Program-made: the position numbers and the translations under genes
The notes under the pieces: model-generated
What the model was told of the DNA's origin: nothing
The model's database searches: none
What the model saw: only the letters and a program-made list of their open reading frames with translations
Shown here: positions 26,312-39,494 of the stretch, in pieces
Numbering within the stretch: the stretch's first letter is position 1
How the letters are laid out: every line of letters begins with the position of its first letter
DNA from: Eledone cirrhosa
Taxonomy: Eukaryota
Direction of reading: 5' to 3'
DNA length: 64,000 nucleotides
Assembly: GCA_964016885.1 (NCBI GenBank)
Contig: OZ024740.1
Coordinates: 150,288,001 to 150,352,000, forward strand

Positions 26312-27281
26312 GGAATGCAACATCATCCAACTCCTCTCTCACAAACTCACACATAGTCAATGTGTTATGTTCAACATATAATATGCTAAATTTTATTTAC
26401 TAGTGAAATATCATGGACTGTATGTATACATGTGTGTTTATGCAAGTAGATGTGTTTGTACGTGAGTATATGATTGCAAAGGTGATAGATTTGAAAGAGC
26501 CGTTACAGCATTGGATAATTGTTCCGAGTTAAAATCCGGTCGAGGTCCACTTTGGCATTCATCTTTTTGGGTCGATAAACAAAGTACCATCCTGGATGTT
26601 CCGCTGGAGTGTAGGGAGTGTCAAAAGTATGTCAGTTTCTGCTCGCGACTGCATGGGCACCCAAAATCATGAGCAAAAGCATGGTAAATAATGTTAAGTT
26701 ATACTCGATTGCGAGTGACGGTTGTAGTAGTTTTAGTGTATGCAATTACATGTATGCGTGGACGTAGCATGGCCGAAAGTGTGTCCCTGTCTATGGTTAT
26801 GTTTGTGTGCTTGTCTTTGTTTATATACAGTAACTTAGCGGTTCGACTAAAAAGAAACCGACAAAATAAGTACCAGTCTTGAAAAATTACATACTGGAGT
26901 TGATATGATCGACTAAAGCAAGGCAGTGCCTCGTCATGACCGTGGTCTAAAGATTGAAACCAGTAAAAGAAAAGCTTAATTCTGACGTAAAGGTTCGCAT
27001 GTCAGAAACAGCTGTTGATATTAGGAAAAGCTGTACACGCCTTCCTAAAACTCAAACAAATAACCTCTGTGACCAAATTGATGATAAAAAGAGACATGTC
27101 AGGCTATATTGCAGTAAAGAGGGGGAAACTTAAGCGAAATTGAAGAGAAAGAAAGCGACAGAGGAAATCTTGGGTGGTGATGGCAATGTAGAATATAGAG
27201 AGATGTAGTTAAATGGAATAACGTAGACATCAATCGATTTGATCGGGAAATGTATCTATCCGCCTACCTATTTATCCATCC

Positions 27282-27332
<51 letters not shown>

Positions 27333-27335
<3 letters not shown>

Positions 27336-27420
27336 TTTACACGACTGTATGTAAAATCCCCGGCATGTCTTTGTATTGTCCCCTTTTCTTGTTGCGCCCT
27401 TGTGGCTAATAAAGAAATCT
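27333..27420 (+). mobile_element. Very short 3' fragment of the Tx1-clade LINE, embedded in (TATC)n
   Basis: gactgtatgtaaaatccccggcatgtcttt..gcgcccttgtggc.aataaagaaa is shared with 49612-49697; tatc repeats on both sides. Confidence 0.9.
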
Positions 27421-27592
27421 ATCTATCTATCTATCTATCTTCAAAGATATCTATCTATCTACCTATCTAATATGGCAAAGAGCTTTTCTTTTAAACATAC
27501 ACACACACACACATACACATATACATATACATATGTGCGTATGTGTTTGTGTGTGCGTGAGTGTATGTGTGGTTGTGAGTATGTATATATAT

Positions 27593-27638
<46 letters not shown>

Positions 27639-27689
27639 CTTCTCCCATGCACGCCCCCTAAAACACATAGTAATATATTTTGCAAACAG

Positions 27690-27790
<101 letters not shown>

Positions 27791-27852
27791 CGAGGTGTGT
27801 TACATGCAAACAGAAATACACACACACGCATACACACACGCACACATATATA

Positions 27853-28670
27853 TACGAGGTGTGTTGGAAAAGTAACATGGCATCGTGTGCTATGTGTGCT
27901 ATGAGTGGGGTAGGGATTAGCGGGATGTATATAACTGCGGTCTCAGCTATCTGCAGCCATTGTATAATTTTTCACGTGCTTTTGTTAAGAACTCCTCAAT
28001 TTTAGGCTGTCGAGTGATGGACACAGAGCAATGAACCAACCTGAAGTTTCTCGTCCGGCTGGAGAAAACACCGTCAGAAGCACTCGGAATATTGTTGCAA
28101 ATGTACGGAGTTGAGACGAAGTTCTCGAGTGGCACAAAAGGTTGAAAATGGGAGGCGATTCCAGGATGCGAAGGCCTTCAACGAGCAGGACTGAGGCCAA
28201 CGTTGAGCGCGTGAGGCAAGTGGTGCGTGGTGATCGTCGGCTGACAGTTCGATTGATCGCAAGTGAGCTGGGTACGAACTGTAACAACGTTTGGAAGATT
28301 ATCACCGAAGATTCTGGTATGCGGAAGATGGCACCGAAGCTGCTGAACGATGACAATAGTAGCGGCGCATACAGGTGCTTCAGGATATCCTCGAGCGTCA
28401 TGAGACCGAACCAGACTTGCTCAAGAAGGTCATCAAGTGGACCAGTTTCCCGAACGTGGAAGCCGCCAAGAGGGCTGTGCTGACGGAGAATCCCGGGAGA
28501 ATTCCTTCCAGGAGTGCGTGGAGGCATGGCGGAGAAGGATGAGAATGTGCGTTAGACTCGTTGGCCATCTTTCAGACAAACAGCCAACTGTTGAATCGTT
28601 CATGTGGATAACGATTCACTAAAATGCTTCATTACTGCTGATGTATCTACCTTGTTGATACATACTTTAT
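27853..28670 (+). mobile_element. Decayed mariner transposon
   Basis: Starts TAcgaggtgtgttggaaaagt. HTH segment RPSTSRTEANVERVRQVVRGDRRLTVRLIASELG..VWKIITED.GMRK..PKLL; internal deletion. Confidence 0.8.
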
Positions 28671-28744
28671 CTTGCACATCCTGTCTTTATAGAGCAAACA
28701 TTGCAGCATCGGATCCCTTGTTTAGATATTTACAGACATATTTG

Positions 28745-31285
28745 ATGCATTTCATTGAGTTTCAAAATTCGACATTGATAATAAAATTAAATTGATAATA
28801 AAATTAAATAATTTGAGTAACAATGGGCAATATGGAACAATCCATCTATTGTCAATTTCAAATTGTCCAACTTTTGCTTGGAAACCTCCATCTCCAGGTT
28901 TTCTTCTTATGAAGGATGGATAACCATCATCTCTAATTTCTTTCAAAAAGCTTCTTGGCTATTTCTTTGTGCATCCGCCCTCTTGTAAATATGGTGAATT
29001 CTTGTTGAGAGCTCAACATGGACCATGCACCATTTGAATCTTTACTATTTCATACAATGCTCAGTGATTTAATGGATGAGGCAGCTGTACAGATATTTCG
29101 TCAATTTGGTCAGAGTAGATTTTTTCATGTAACCAAATAAGAATGTGTGCAAGAGATAATCCACGTTTCTGCCATTCGATAGTGTCCATATGGCATCTGA
29201 CGGGTCCTTTTGTGGTGACATGTATCATTTTGAACATTTCCAGTCTCAAGTTGCTAACAGTGAGGTCATGTCTATTTAGAGGTGTTTGACCTGGTAGCAA
29301 TTCATTTTGAATCTCTTTCCATCTTGGATTGCAAGTGAAAGTTATGAATAGGTCTGGTCTACCAAGGTTCCTAACATATGTCATGGCATCCTGTGTTCTT
29401 TCATGCATATATCTGATACCATCACGTAAATGACTGTATGTCTTAGATCTTAATCATTCTCGTGGCATCTTATGAATGCTAATCTTTCTGCCTCAACTAA
29501 TGCATACATGTCAATATCAAATTGAAGGAAAAAATTTTGCATTTGGTGGTGTGAATTGAAATGTTTTGAAAGATAAAATGGTAGGGGTAAAAATCCATAC
29601 ATGAGACTGTTTTCCTAGTATTATCATTTTCATCTTTTTGAGGGGTTTTAAAATGGTATTCATCTTCTCCATTCACACAAATTAAAGGATATGGCAGAAC
29701 ATCATAAGAGCGATATGATTAATTTATTCTCTATAATTGATTATCTCTCCCATGAAGGATTATGTCACGTTAACCATGCTCTTCTCCAGATATTACAATA
29801 TCAACTTCATTATATTCAGATGCATTATAACGGCGTGAATGATGGTTTCTTGTCAGTATTTTGAGTTCTTCTACAGATGCATTTTCTAGGGTATATTTAA
29901 AACTTCTAATATAGCTGTTTCTTCTATGTAACATATCTTGTAGTTGCAATATGGTTTCATACTTTGTTTCATTCTTTATTCCTTTCATATCTTGCCTGTG
30001 CTTGGGTTTTCATATCACTGATGAAATGCAGTTGTAAATATTTTGGTTCTTTTGAAAGTGGCCGAAGGAGTTCAGTTATATTGTATACTTGCCCTTTGAT
30101 CTTGAAAGTGGGCATAAAGCCACCTCATAGATGACATTTGCACCAAATGATATCATTTGGAATGAATTTTTGTACGTTTTGATATTTTGAAGAAAGTGTC
30201 TTAATTCAGTAGTTGCACCAACCAGCAGTCCCCTCAAGGTGGTTCAGGTAATAGTTTCAACTTGATCTTTTCATTTAATTATCACAATCCAGGTGACTCA
30301 CCATTCCATTTTTTAGCGCCACAATTTTGACAAATCTTGTTCATTGAGGAAATTTGAATTAAATGTTCAGAGGCATAGTCTTAATGAGCAATGTATCTAA
30401 AAGTAACCAAGTTCCACTTGGCAACCTTTTTAAATCGTAAATCTTCTGTTCTTGCTCTTTGAGTTGTTTGGGCTTCAGTTTCTTCATGTCGCCTTTGAGT
30501 TGCTCTATTTATCTCTATTTGCTGTCTTGATGATTTTCGCACATATGATTTCTCTTGACAAATAGTGGTTTTCATTGTCCTATCTCCAGCAAGTTGTTTT
30601 GAACGTTTTTCTTCAGCTTCCAATGTCACTATTATTTATCTAAAAAATAAAATTTTTTCTGTTAATGATGGATCTATATCAAGTCAAATTTTCGTTGAAT
30701 GAGGACTCATTGCATTAACTTTCAGTTATTTGTTGGAAACAGCAACAGAAAACTAACAGAAATGAATATGCTAAAACATATTTCAGGTTTCACAAGTGTT
30801 ATTGTTAGTAAATCAAATGAAGAACCCAAAATTCAATATGAAATTCAAAATGTTCTTCTTTCTTTTCGAGGCAGGTTCAGGCTTATTTGATTATTGCACC
30901 ATCATTCTTTGATATTGCACCATATAATTTTAGATATTTGATCATGATTCAGAGATCAATGTTGTTTAATTTTAGACCCCACATAAGAGGAAATTTAAAA
31001 CATTTTTTTAAAATATGAAATGTAGTAACTATTTTCAACACCACCTCTGAAAATGAGAAAGCAATCAAGTTTCAGCATGATTGGTTTATTAGTTTTTGAA
31101 TAAATAAAAGATAAACTGATAAGCAAACAAATAAACAAATGAATATAGGTCCACGTGTGAGGTTAGCCTAGTCCTGAATCTAGGGAACTCATATACCAAG
31201 TTTGAACATGATTGTTTCACTGGGTTTTAAGTACATTGAAGATGAACATACAAACATACAAACAAATGAAAAATTGTATAACACA
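28745..31285 (-). mobile_element. Decayed autonomous Helitron, 5' part with Rep (HUH) domain
   Basis: QDAMTYVR..GRPDLFITFTCNPRWKEI, IEWQKRGL..AHILIWL, DDGYP..RR..DNRWIVPYCPLL and RRYNA..EV..VISGE. Many stops and frameshifts; helicase domain absent. Confidence 0.9.
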
Positions 31286-31387
31286 CACACACGCACACAC
31301 ACACGCACCCCCCCACACACCCACACACCCACACACACACATTGCAGATATTGCATCCGGACTATACGTTTAGGTATATACCTGTGA

Positions 31388-31790
31388 AGGCGCATGGCTT
31401 AGTGGTTAAAGAGTTGGATTCGAAATCGTGAGGTTGCGAGTTCAATTCTCAGATCGGGTGATGCGTTGTGTCCTTGTGCAAGACACTTTATTTCACGTTG
31501 TTCCTTCTGCCAGGAGTTGCGACCGGTAAGTAGTATCAGCAACGGAAAGACCAATGGAAACATTGTTTCTTTGGTCCGATTTGATGAGGTCCACCGCACA
31601 CGGAGGTGTTGGACCTCCGTCGGTTCTGACGACGATTGTTCTAGTTGTTAGAAACAGGAGAGAGCCTGATCATGAAGTTAATGTGCAAGTGATTGAACAT
31701 TCCACAGATACATGTAATATAACGCAGTCCGCAAAGAGATTTAGTGTGACAGTGTGTGACAAGACTGGTCATTAGAAATACAGATACAAC
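31388..31790 (+). mobile_element. tRNA-derived SINE, family B
   Basis: ggcgcatggcttagtggtt A box, gagttcaatt B box and tgtgtccttg.gcaagacacttta core. Related copies at 31800-31915 (-), 42600-42789 (-) and about 15780-16110. Confidence 0.75.
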
Positions 31791-33050
31791 ACAATTTGCC
31801 AGTTGATTGGACTGGGATAACGTGAAATAAAGTGTCTTGCTCAAGGATGCAACCTGAAGTCGGAAATAGAACTCATGATTGTGAGCCGAACACCCTAATC
31901 CCTAAGCCATGCGTCTTTACAGTATAGAAACATACATATGCATAGACATGTTAGCATTATTGAAAACATACAGGGATGCATACCCAAACATCCTCTTCTT
32001 CTTTCATGTTAAAGTGAAGGTATGGACCCACATGATCCCGAAGACATATGTTAGTACGGCAAGACATCGACTCCATCTCCTAGACCGAGAGCTCTTCCAC
32101 GGAGTAAGCAACCTCACCAGGGTTTATTTTAAGGACATTTTTAGGACTGAACAAATCTTGTAGGTATATGCCATGGATCAATGTTTGATATTTTCTGAAT
32201 CTGAGAATTATTTGCAATGGCTATTTTAACTATTTTACGAGTGTTTTCAGTTTTTAAACCATCATTTACCGTATAAGTGCATGTAGTATTTGTTACAAAA
32301 TGTATTGCACAAACTTATTGCACAAATTAGACCTAGAGTTACATAAGCAGTTATCAATTGCACCTTAAAATCATCATTGTGGGTGATCTGAGGATCGTGA
32401 CATATTCCTTCACGAGCGGTGAATCTAGGGAAGTGGCGCTAGTTCGGTGTCACAGATGCGCGAGATTATCGACAAACAGATTTCCTTTTATTTGTTAAAC
32501 GCTGGAAAACTAAAATAAATAAATAAATAAATAAATAAATAAGTAAATAAATAAATAAATGATAAAAACCATCCACCTCACCAAACAAGCTTGGTGGTCT
32601 TGTCAGTGGAGTCACCTCCGATCAGACAATGAAATAGGTTGTACTCAGTGAAATGGTACCAGTAGTGTTCATGAACATCTTGCATACATCTAGTGTTTAA
32701 CTTTTGACGAAGTCGTATGTACGGATAGATGAATATATCTACGTGGATATGCAGGAATATACAAAATTATACATACATGCTAAATGGAATAGATTGTGTG
32801 AATGGAATATATACATATACAAATCAGCGCTGCCGATAGTTTTTTTCAAAACGTACAGAATTGTTTTCAAAACGTACAGAATCTGACCAAAACGTACAGA
32901 ATTTTACTAAATCCCCCAATTACAATAAAAAACATTCTTTTTATACATATTTTTGAAGTTAACAACATTTATTGACAATTTAAACATAAGGGCATCAAAA
33001 AGAAACGTCATCTTCCTGAGCAGATTCTCTGTTGTACCAATTTATTTCAA

Positions 33051-33240
33051 ATAATTGTTTCTACTTTAGGCACAGGGCCAGCAATTACCCAGTGCATTAC
33101 TGGTACTTTATTTTATCGACCCCGTAAGGATGAAAGGCAAAGTCAACCTCGGCGGGATTTGAACTCAGATCGTAAAGGGACGTAACTATGCTGGAAAGCA
33201 TGGCGTCCGACCCTCTACCGATACTGCCAATCCACCGCCG
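33051..33240 (-). mobile_element. SINE family A inserted into the hAT element
   Basis: Full-length copy with TSD tttcaaataat (33045-33055, 33241-33251). Confidence 0.92.
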
Positions 33241-33249
33241 TTTCAAATA

Positions 33250-35166
33250 ATGTTGTTTCAAATAATGCTTTGCAAAGATGTTCATAGGGCTCCCACGTCG
33301 TGCAGTCGGCATGTCGTAACAAATATTTCGACCTAACAAGAGCATTAAGAGTGGAAGTTTTCAAACAATTTCGATTCTTTGTTTTAATAGAGTGGAGAAC
33401 AGAGAAAATTCTTTCAGCCGCTGCAGAGGAGTGGGGGTAAAGAAAGAAGACTAAGCATAAGAGATGACAGCAGAGGGTAACGGTTCTCATCGCCACACTT
33501 CTTTTGTGAGACAGCAAACCAAAATTTTTCTGGATCGTTGTGCGGGATGAAGGAAGAACCTTGAATCGTTAGGTGGCGCCATTCCTGATTTATCTCTTCG
33601 TAATCTTTCTCATCACAAAGACTTGGAAATCGCATAACAAGTGGAATTATTGACCTCGGCCTTCCTTCCATCACGTTGGTTGGGTCTAACGACTCAGGTA
33701 GTTCCAAATTGTTCTGTATATTCTGTCGGAAGGTCAGCAATTCATCAGGGGCAATGGTGGTAGAATTGTCGTGTAAAAGGCTCTCAGCTACAGCACCAAA
33801 GTAGATACGATCTAATAGTTGGTGTGCCGTTGAATCGTTGACATTAATCTCTCACACATTGATGACTGAAAGTAAATCAGGTTTAATGAAATTGCTCAAA
33901 GTTCCCTTTAGTCCAGCGTTGATTGCTCTTTTGAGTTTATGAATCTGATAGCTTTCGGCCTGGAATTCCAGATTAAGTTTGTTGACGTCGTTTAAAATAA
34001 AGGATAGAAATGCAAAAATACATCTTTGTAAGAGGATTTTTCATTTCAGTGAGAATTCTTCGAGCCGTAGACGGACACCTATCCTCTAATGTTGCTTGGG
34101 TGAAATATGCCAGCAATGCTGGCCACTGCTCTAAAGTGCGCTCCACAACTTGCTTGAGAGACAGCCACCTCGTGCAGCTTGCATGCAGGATTTGGTGAGG
34201 ATCAATTGAAGCTATTTTCTGCAGACCTTTGTATTCATTGATCCGCTTAGGACTGTGACTAAAGTATGCATAAATACTTCTTGTCAATTCTTCCACGGAA
34301 TTTGGTAATTCATTGCACGCTTTTGATGAACATAAGTGTAATGAATAACAAACAGAGGCTTGCACAAGTAGATCTGGTCTCATCATAATACTCACATTAT
34401 CACAGGCGAAACCTATCAAATTTTCCAAAGGAATAGCGTGTTCATTGAAAAACAATAGAAGACAGTTGTAAATACCCACAGCACTGCAATCATTTATTTC
34501 TATAAGAGTTAGAAAATCGTCGACAGTCTTTTGAATTTCAACGTCGTAATATCTGGATACAAGGACGAGTTGTTTAAGTGTTGAAACATCAGTTGTTTCA
34601 TCGATGATGAGGGAGAATTTTGTCGAATGAAGCTTCTTTAATAAAGTGTTGAAGCCACAGGAGCCGATGACGTTTGAAAAGATGGATGTGCCTTTTGTTC
34701 TGGCACACTTCACATCATGGGCGATTTTAGAATCAGGACAGGCGTTTACAACAAGGCCAGGCAATTGGCCCAAAATAGAGATGGGTAGATTATGCTCAGC
34801 AACAAATACACAGTACTTTAACTCAGCAGATACTACTTTCCTGGAGTGTGAAGAAAACGAAGAGGCTTGGATAAAATGTGTCAATTTCGTTGCTTTGTTC
34901 GCTTCTTTTGCATTCTTGTGGTGCTTTTCTGTCTGCTCATGTCGTAAAATTTGACTCAAACTGCCGGCAATTTCACATTTGCAAAATATGCATTTGTCTT
35001 TAGTTGAATCGTTCTTGCTCACTTCCAACCAAGAAGAAAATTTTTCATCGTACAACAATTTGGACGGAAGCTTCCTTTCATACGATGCCCATCTAGCCTT
35101 CTTCTTATCTGCTACTTTACGTTCGTTATCTGAAGAATGTTCTCGTTTCACAGTTCTATCACTCAT
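33250..35166 (-). pseudogene. hAT transposase, frameshifted
   Basis: Zn-finger CIFC..H...KH, FSLIIDETTD, TRWLS and dimerisation motif PHSSAAAERIFS..IKTKNRN, split across several frames. Confidence 0.9.
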
Positions 35167-36034
35167 ATCTGGTTCAAATTAGTTCTATAAGATTTATTTG
35201 AATTAATTAAACTATTAAAAACATCACATACCGTTTACACTGTAGGTTATAAGAATTCTGCTTTTGTGTTCAGACTGATACGGCGTGGTTGTATAAATTA
35301 GTTCTGTAAAATTAAATCTAATCTATCAAACTTATGAAAAATAAATTCACGCACCTTTTACACCAGTTTGTGAGAAAAATTCCTGCGTTATGACAGATAT
35401 GGCGTGGTAAACTGGACATATACTTCCCCCAAATTTACAGACGCTCTTGACCTCATAAGTCAACGCGCGCTTGCATGCACAAGTGTCGTCTGCATTCTCA
35501 CGTGTTTTTATTTTTGTGAAGCTCCGAAACGCGCGTATGTGAAAATGCACTAAACCCAATGCGTCAAAACATGGATTTTATAAACCGATGGCAAGATCAC
35601 TAAAACGTACAGCAAATTCGTCCCAACGTACAGCACATTAAAATTTTGAGCAAAACGTACAGTTTTATACGAACGTACAGTCATCGGCACCGTTGATACA
35701 AATGGAGATATATATCCACATAGACATACATATTTTACGTGTCCATGTACACTGTTAAAGTGAACATATAGAGACGATTAGGTAATGGTAATGTGATGGG
35801 GTAATGCAGTGTTGTGTAGCCAAACATACCGATTTCAACATCATCCACACACCGCATACATCTCTAGTAGCAGCACTTACATCAACACCATCACCAACAT
35901 TAACAACAACACCAACAGCACTAACATAAAGTATTTTACAAAATCAATTATTTATGTCCGATCTCACGTCACTAACATATGTCCACTACGAGTAAGTGGC
36001 CAGCCTGTTTGGTAGCATGATAACGATGGCCAAC

Positions 36035-36109
<75 letters not shown>

Positions 36110-36381
36110 CTTTCTCTCCTTCTCTCTCTCTTTTTCTCTCCCCCTCTCCATACACACACACACACACACACACATGTATGTATGTATGTATGTATGTATG
36201 TATGTATGTATGTATGTATGTATGTATGTATGTATGTATGTATGCATATATGTATGTATGTATGCATGTATGCATGTATGCATGTATGCATGTACGTATG
36301 TATGTACGTATGTATGTACACATATATATAAGCCTTTCGAATTAAACGTGGAAATGGTTGGCATTATTTTTATGTCAAACA

Positions 36382-36572
36382 GGGCGATGGATTGGCAAAA
36401 TCGTTAGTGCGTCGGATGAAATATATTGTTGTATTTCATTATGGCCCCTAACGATCTGAGTTCAAATCCCGCCGAGGTTGACTTTGCCTTTCATCCTTAC
36501 GGGCTCGATAAAATAAAGTACCAGTAATGCACTGATTAATTGCTGGCCTTGTGCCTAAAGTAGAAACAATTA
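36382..36572 (+). mobile_element. SINE family A
   Basis: Head ggcgatggattggcaaaatcgttag, B box and conserved core. Confidence 0.85.
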
Positions 36573-36797
36573 TGGCCCTCTACATTTTGGTTTCAAATCA
36601 CACCGAAATTATTACTTTTATGTCAACTCAGCATAGAAACTTTTCTCTAATTACAAACACAGCCAACGCTCTACCATAAAACTGAATATGTGTCCTCTGA
36701 ACAGGTGATTGCAGCTGCATAACTGGAATTCACTAGATTTGTTGAGTGAGCTAGACCCTGGCCGCCGAAGGACGCTGTATTATACGAACGATCTTCG

Positions 36798-36883
<86 letters not shown>

Positions 36884-37006
36884 GGAGGTGAGTTTTATTG
36901 TAGTACAATAAAGCAATGCAGATATCGGATAAGTAGCACTCTACAGTTTGTAGGACTGGAGTATAAATAATATATAAGATCAAAAGATGGTTAAAAGAGT
37001 TCCATG

Positions 37007-37077
37007 TATTTTATTATGCGCATTTCAAAAACAAATATCATCATGCAATAACATTTGCGTTTTCGTCAGATAAAATA
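37007..37077 (-). ncRNA. Type I hammerhead ribozyme motif (canonical core)
   Basis: TATTTTAT-CTGACGA-long stem II-GAAA-TGCGCA-TA-ATAAAATA. 8-bp stem I and palindromic stem III. Confidence 0.8.
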
Positions 37078-37197
37078 GGGAGACATGATATGAAGGTTAA
37101 AACACAATTGTGAATAGTGCAGTTTTAAATCAACATATATGTTGATTTAAAACTGCACTATTCGCAAGTGTGTTTTAACCTTCATATCATGTCTCCC

Positions 37198-37268
37198 TAT
37201 TCTATCTGACGAAAACGCAAATGTTATTGCATGATGATATTTGTTTTTGAAATGCGCATAATAAAATA
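37198..37268 (+). ncRNA. Type I hammerhead ribozyme motif (mirror copy)
   Basis: CTGACGA at 37206-37212, GAAA at 37249-37252, then TGCGCA-TA; one stem I mismatch. Confidence 0.75.
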
Positions 37269-37298
37269 CATGGAACTCTTTTAACCATATTTTGATCT

Positions 37299-37354
<56 letters not shown>

Positions 37355-37457
37355 ATAAGGAATTCGAACTTTGTCTGATTTACTCGTTTTATTTACAATC
37401 CTTTAAAATTATAATGATATTATAATGAAATAGTATGGTAGAATATTAAATGTTAAA

Positions 37458-37496
37458 TGAACAAGTACTTTCATGCTTTCGCAATCTTCAGGTTCA
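37458..37496 (-). ncRNA. Minimal type I hammerhead ribozyme motif
   Basis: TGAAC-CTGAAGA-T TGC gaaa GCA T-GAAA-GTAC-TT-GTTCA. Confidence 0.75.
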
Positions 37497-37780
37497 TATT
37501 CAGTGGTGACAGTCAAGTTTGCAATTTTCAACTGTAATGAGATGGCTAAAATCTGTGCCTTATATACAATAAAAAGGGGCTACTGAATGCTAAGTTTTGC
37601 AAACTGTATTTCGACCAATCGGTGTGTGGTTTCACTAGATTACTAAAGCTGATTGGTTTAGGCGTCACAGTTGGTTGAGCATGTCTAACGACTTCTATTT
37701 GACCCTATCCAAAGCATCAATTGTTTTGCTATTTTTAGAAATGATGAAAATAGCATTTTCTAGGATTTTTATAAAAAAAT

Positions 37781-38157
37781 CTACTGTACGTCTGTATACA
37801 TATATGTATGTACGTATACATACTTATATTTAAGTAACAGCCGTACTAAGAGTGGGAAATGAAATTTCGTTTCATTCTTTCCGTTTATCGTTTTCGGTGC
37901 ACCCGGCCGATTAACCCACTCGATATGCAAATTGGGCTACTCAACCGTTAATATGCATAAGGTAAGTATATACGTTCAACAATCTGGCAGGAAGGTATAG
38001 GTTGCTGACGATAGCTAATAAGCTTGAAACTAGTACAGCGTTCCATTGTCAGTGTTGAACAAACGAGCAGCGATGGTTGCTAGACACTACGGCTTAATAC
38101 GGGATGTTTGTTTACAAACACACCGAGCATTATAATAAATGTTCGGTGAATCCATAC

Positions 38158-38232
<75 letters not shown>

Positions 38233-38368
38233 CATGTATGTATATATATATATATACATACTACTGTACGTCTGTATACATATATGTATGTACGTGTACA
38301 TACTTATATTTAAGTAACAGCCGTACTAAGAGTGGGAAATGAAATTTCGTTTCATTCTTTCCGTTTAT
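37781..38368 (+). mobile_element. Retrozyme-like non-coding element, about 1.2 tandem units, locus A
   Basis: The first ~108 nt recur at 38261. Contains an HHR; near-identical to the units at 49913-51283. Confidence 0.8.
37989..38045 (+). ncRNA. Type I hammerhead ribozyme motif of the retrozyme-like unit
   Basis: gttg-CTGACGA-T AGCT aata AGCT T-GAAA-CTAG-TA-cagc; predicted cleavage after 38035. Confidence 0.8.
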
Positions 38369-38382
38369 ATATGTATATATAT

Positions 38383-38800
38383 CCGGGAGAGATGACCCCT
38401 TAGCCTTTGTCAAGGCAGAATTCTAGGAGAAGGAAAACTCTGATATAACACCTGCAACCCTGATGGTATCCAATGATGTTGACTTGTTCTTCTTTTTGGG
38501 AAATATCATCTTGGTCAAGAGAGTGGGGCTGGGTTTGTGCAGTGCCTTTGCTCACTATAAAAGCTTCACGGCACAGGCATTGCTTTATATCTGGAGATCT
38601 CTGATCTCTCTACACTTGTCGTCACATGGTACCATGGGCCCAGCACTATGTGTCAATAATTGTCACAAGTGTAGTGTTTGTACCAGAGTTTTCAAGTCGC
38701 TGGCTGAGCTAAAAAGTCACACTCGTTCAGCACATCGGTAGGGGATCTCCTACATGGATATAAAGTAGTGGCCGTACTCGAAAACGAGTTGGCAGCCACC
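38383..38800 (+). mobile_element. Short internally deleted RTE-like element
   Basis: 5' part has ctaggagaaggaaaactctga (RTE 5' UTR-like); 3' part encodes the terminal C2H2 motif CSVCTRVFKSLAELKSHTRSAH. Flanked by (AT)n. Confidence 0.5.
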
Positions 38801-38901
<101 letters not shown>

Positions 38902-38981
38902 TTATTCCGGGTTCAATCGGGAGTAACCACAGTAAGTAAGGTACTCAATACATAGCAGAGTATAAATGTTTAATATAGAAA

Positions 38982-39032
38982 AGCTTCTACAGGACTAGAA
39001 CTGTTTCATTCGTGAGAAATCACCAGGAAGCT
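38982..39032 (-). ncRNA. Type I hammerhead-like motif with CUGGUGA core
   Basis: AGCTTC-CTGGTGA-T TTC tcac GAA T-GAAA-CAG ttctagtc CTG-TA-GAAGCT. Confidence 0.65.
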
Positions 39033-39377
39033 GATTGTCGAAGTAAATGTGGTGGTATTTATATCTTTTCTGGTGTTAGGAGAGGGTGGAGATTGGGATG
39101 GGTGGAGGTCATTGGTTGATGGGTTTAAAGAAAAGGGAATTCTTTAAAAGCTAAATTTTTAAAGCTATAATTTATATTTTGAGTGACAAAAGCAGAAAGA
39201 ATACTATAAACAAGTTCAGATTGGAGTACCACTCCTTATTTTTAAGTTTCTCTTAAGTTAACAATGCCTATATTTCAGGTGTCTACAGGAAGGGAGGGGG
39301 GGGGAGGTCATTGGTTGATGGGTTTAAAGAAAGGGGAATTCTTTAAAAGCTAATTCTTTAAAGCTGTATTTAGAGTG

Positions 39378-39439
<62 letters not shown>

Positions 39440-39494
39440 AAATTACAAAATATGAGGAAATAATACACAAAAATATACCTATTTTTTATTCAAA

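Larger units (their letters stand above)
32825..35695 (-). mobile_element. Complete hAT DNA transposon
   Basis: TIRs CAGCGCTGCCGAT / CAACGGTGCCGAT, a perfect 8-bp TSD ATACAAAT (32817-32824, 35696-35703), and multiple subterminal aaacgtacag repeats at both ends. Confidence 0.95.
36966..37309. repeat. 344-bp near-perfect palindrome with one hammerhead motif in each arm
   Basis: Centre caacata|tatgttg at 37137/37138; the arms differ at only a few positions. Confidence 0.95.

Noticed and set aside
31575-31630. TTGATGA-GGTCCA..TGGACC hairpin in SINE B
   Set aside because: No GAAA follows the stem; it is part of the SINE body.
36690-36780. CTGAACA..GGAA flanked by GTGTCCT/AGGACGC
   Set aside because: Both core boxes are mutated and stem III is unclear.
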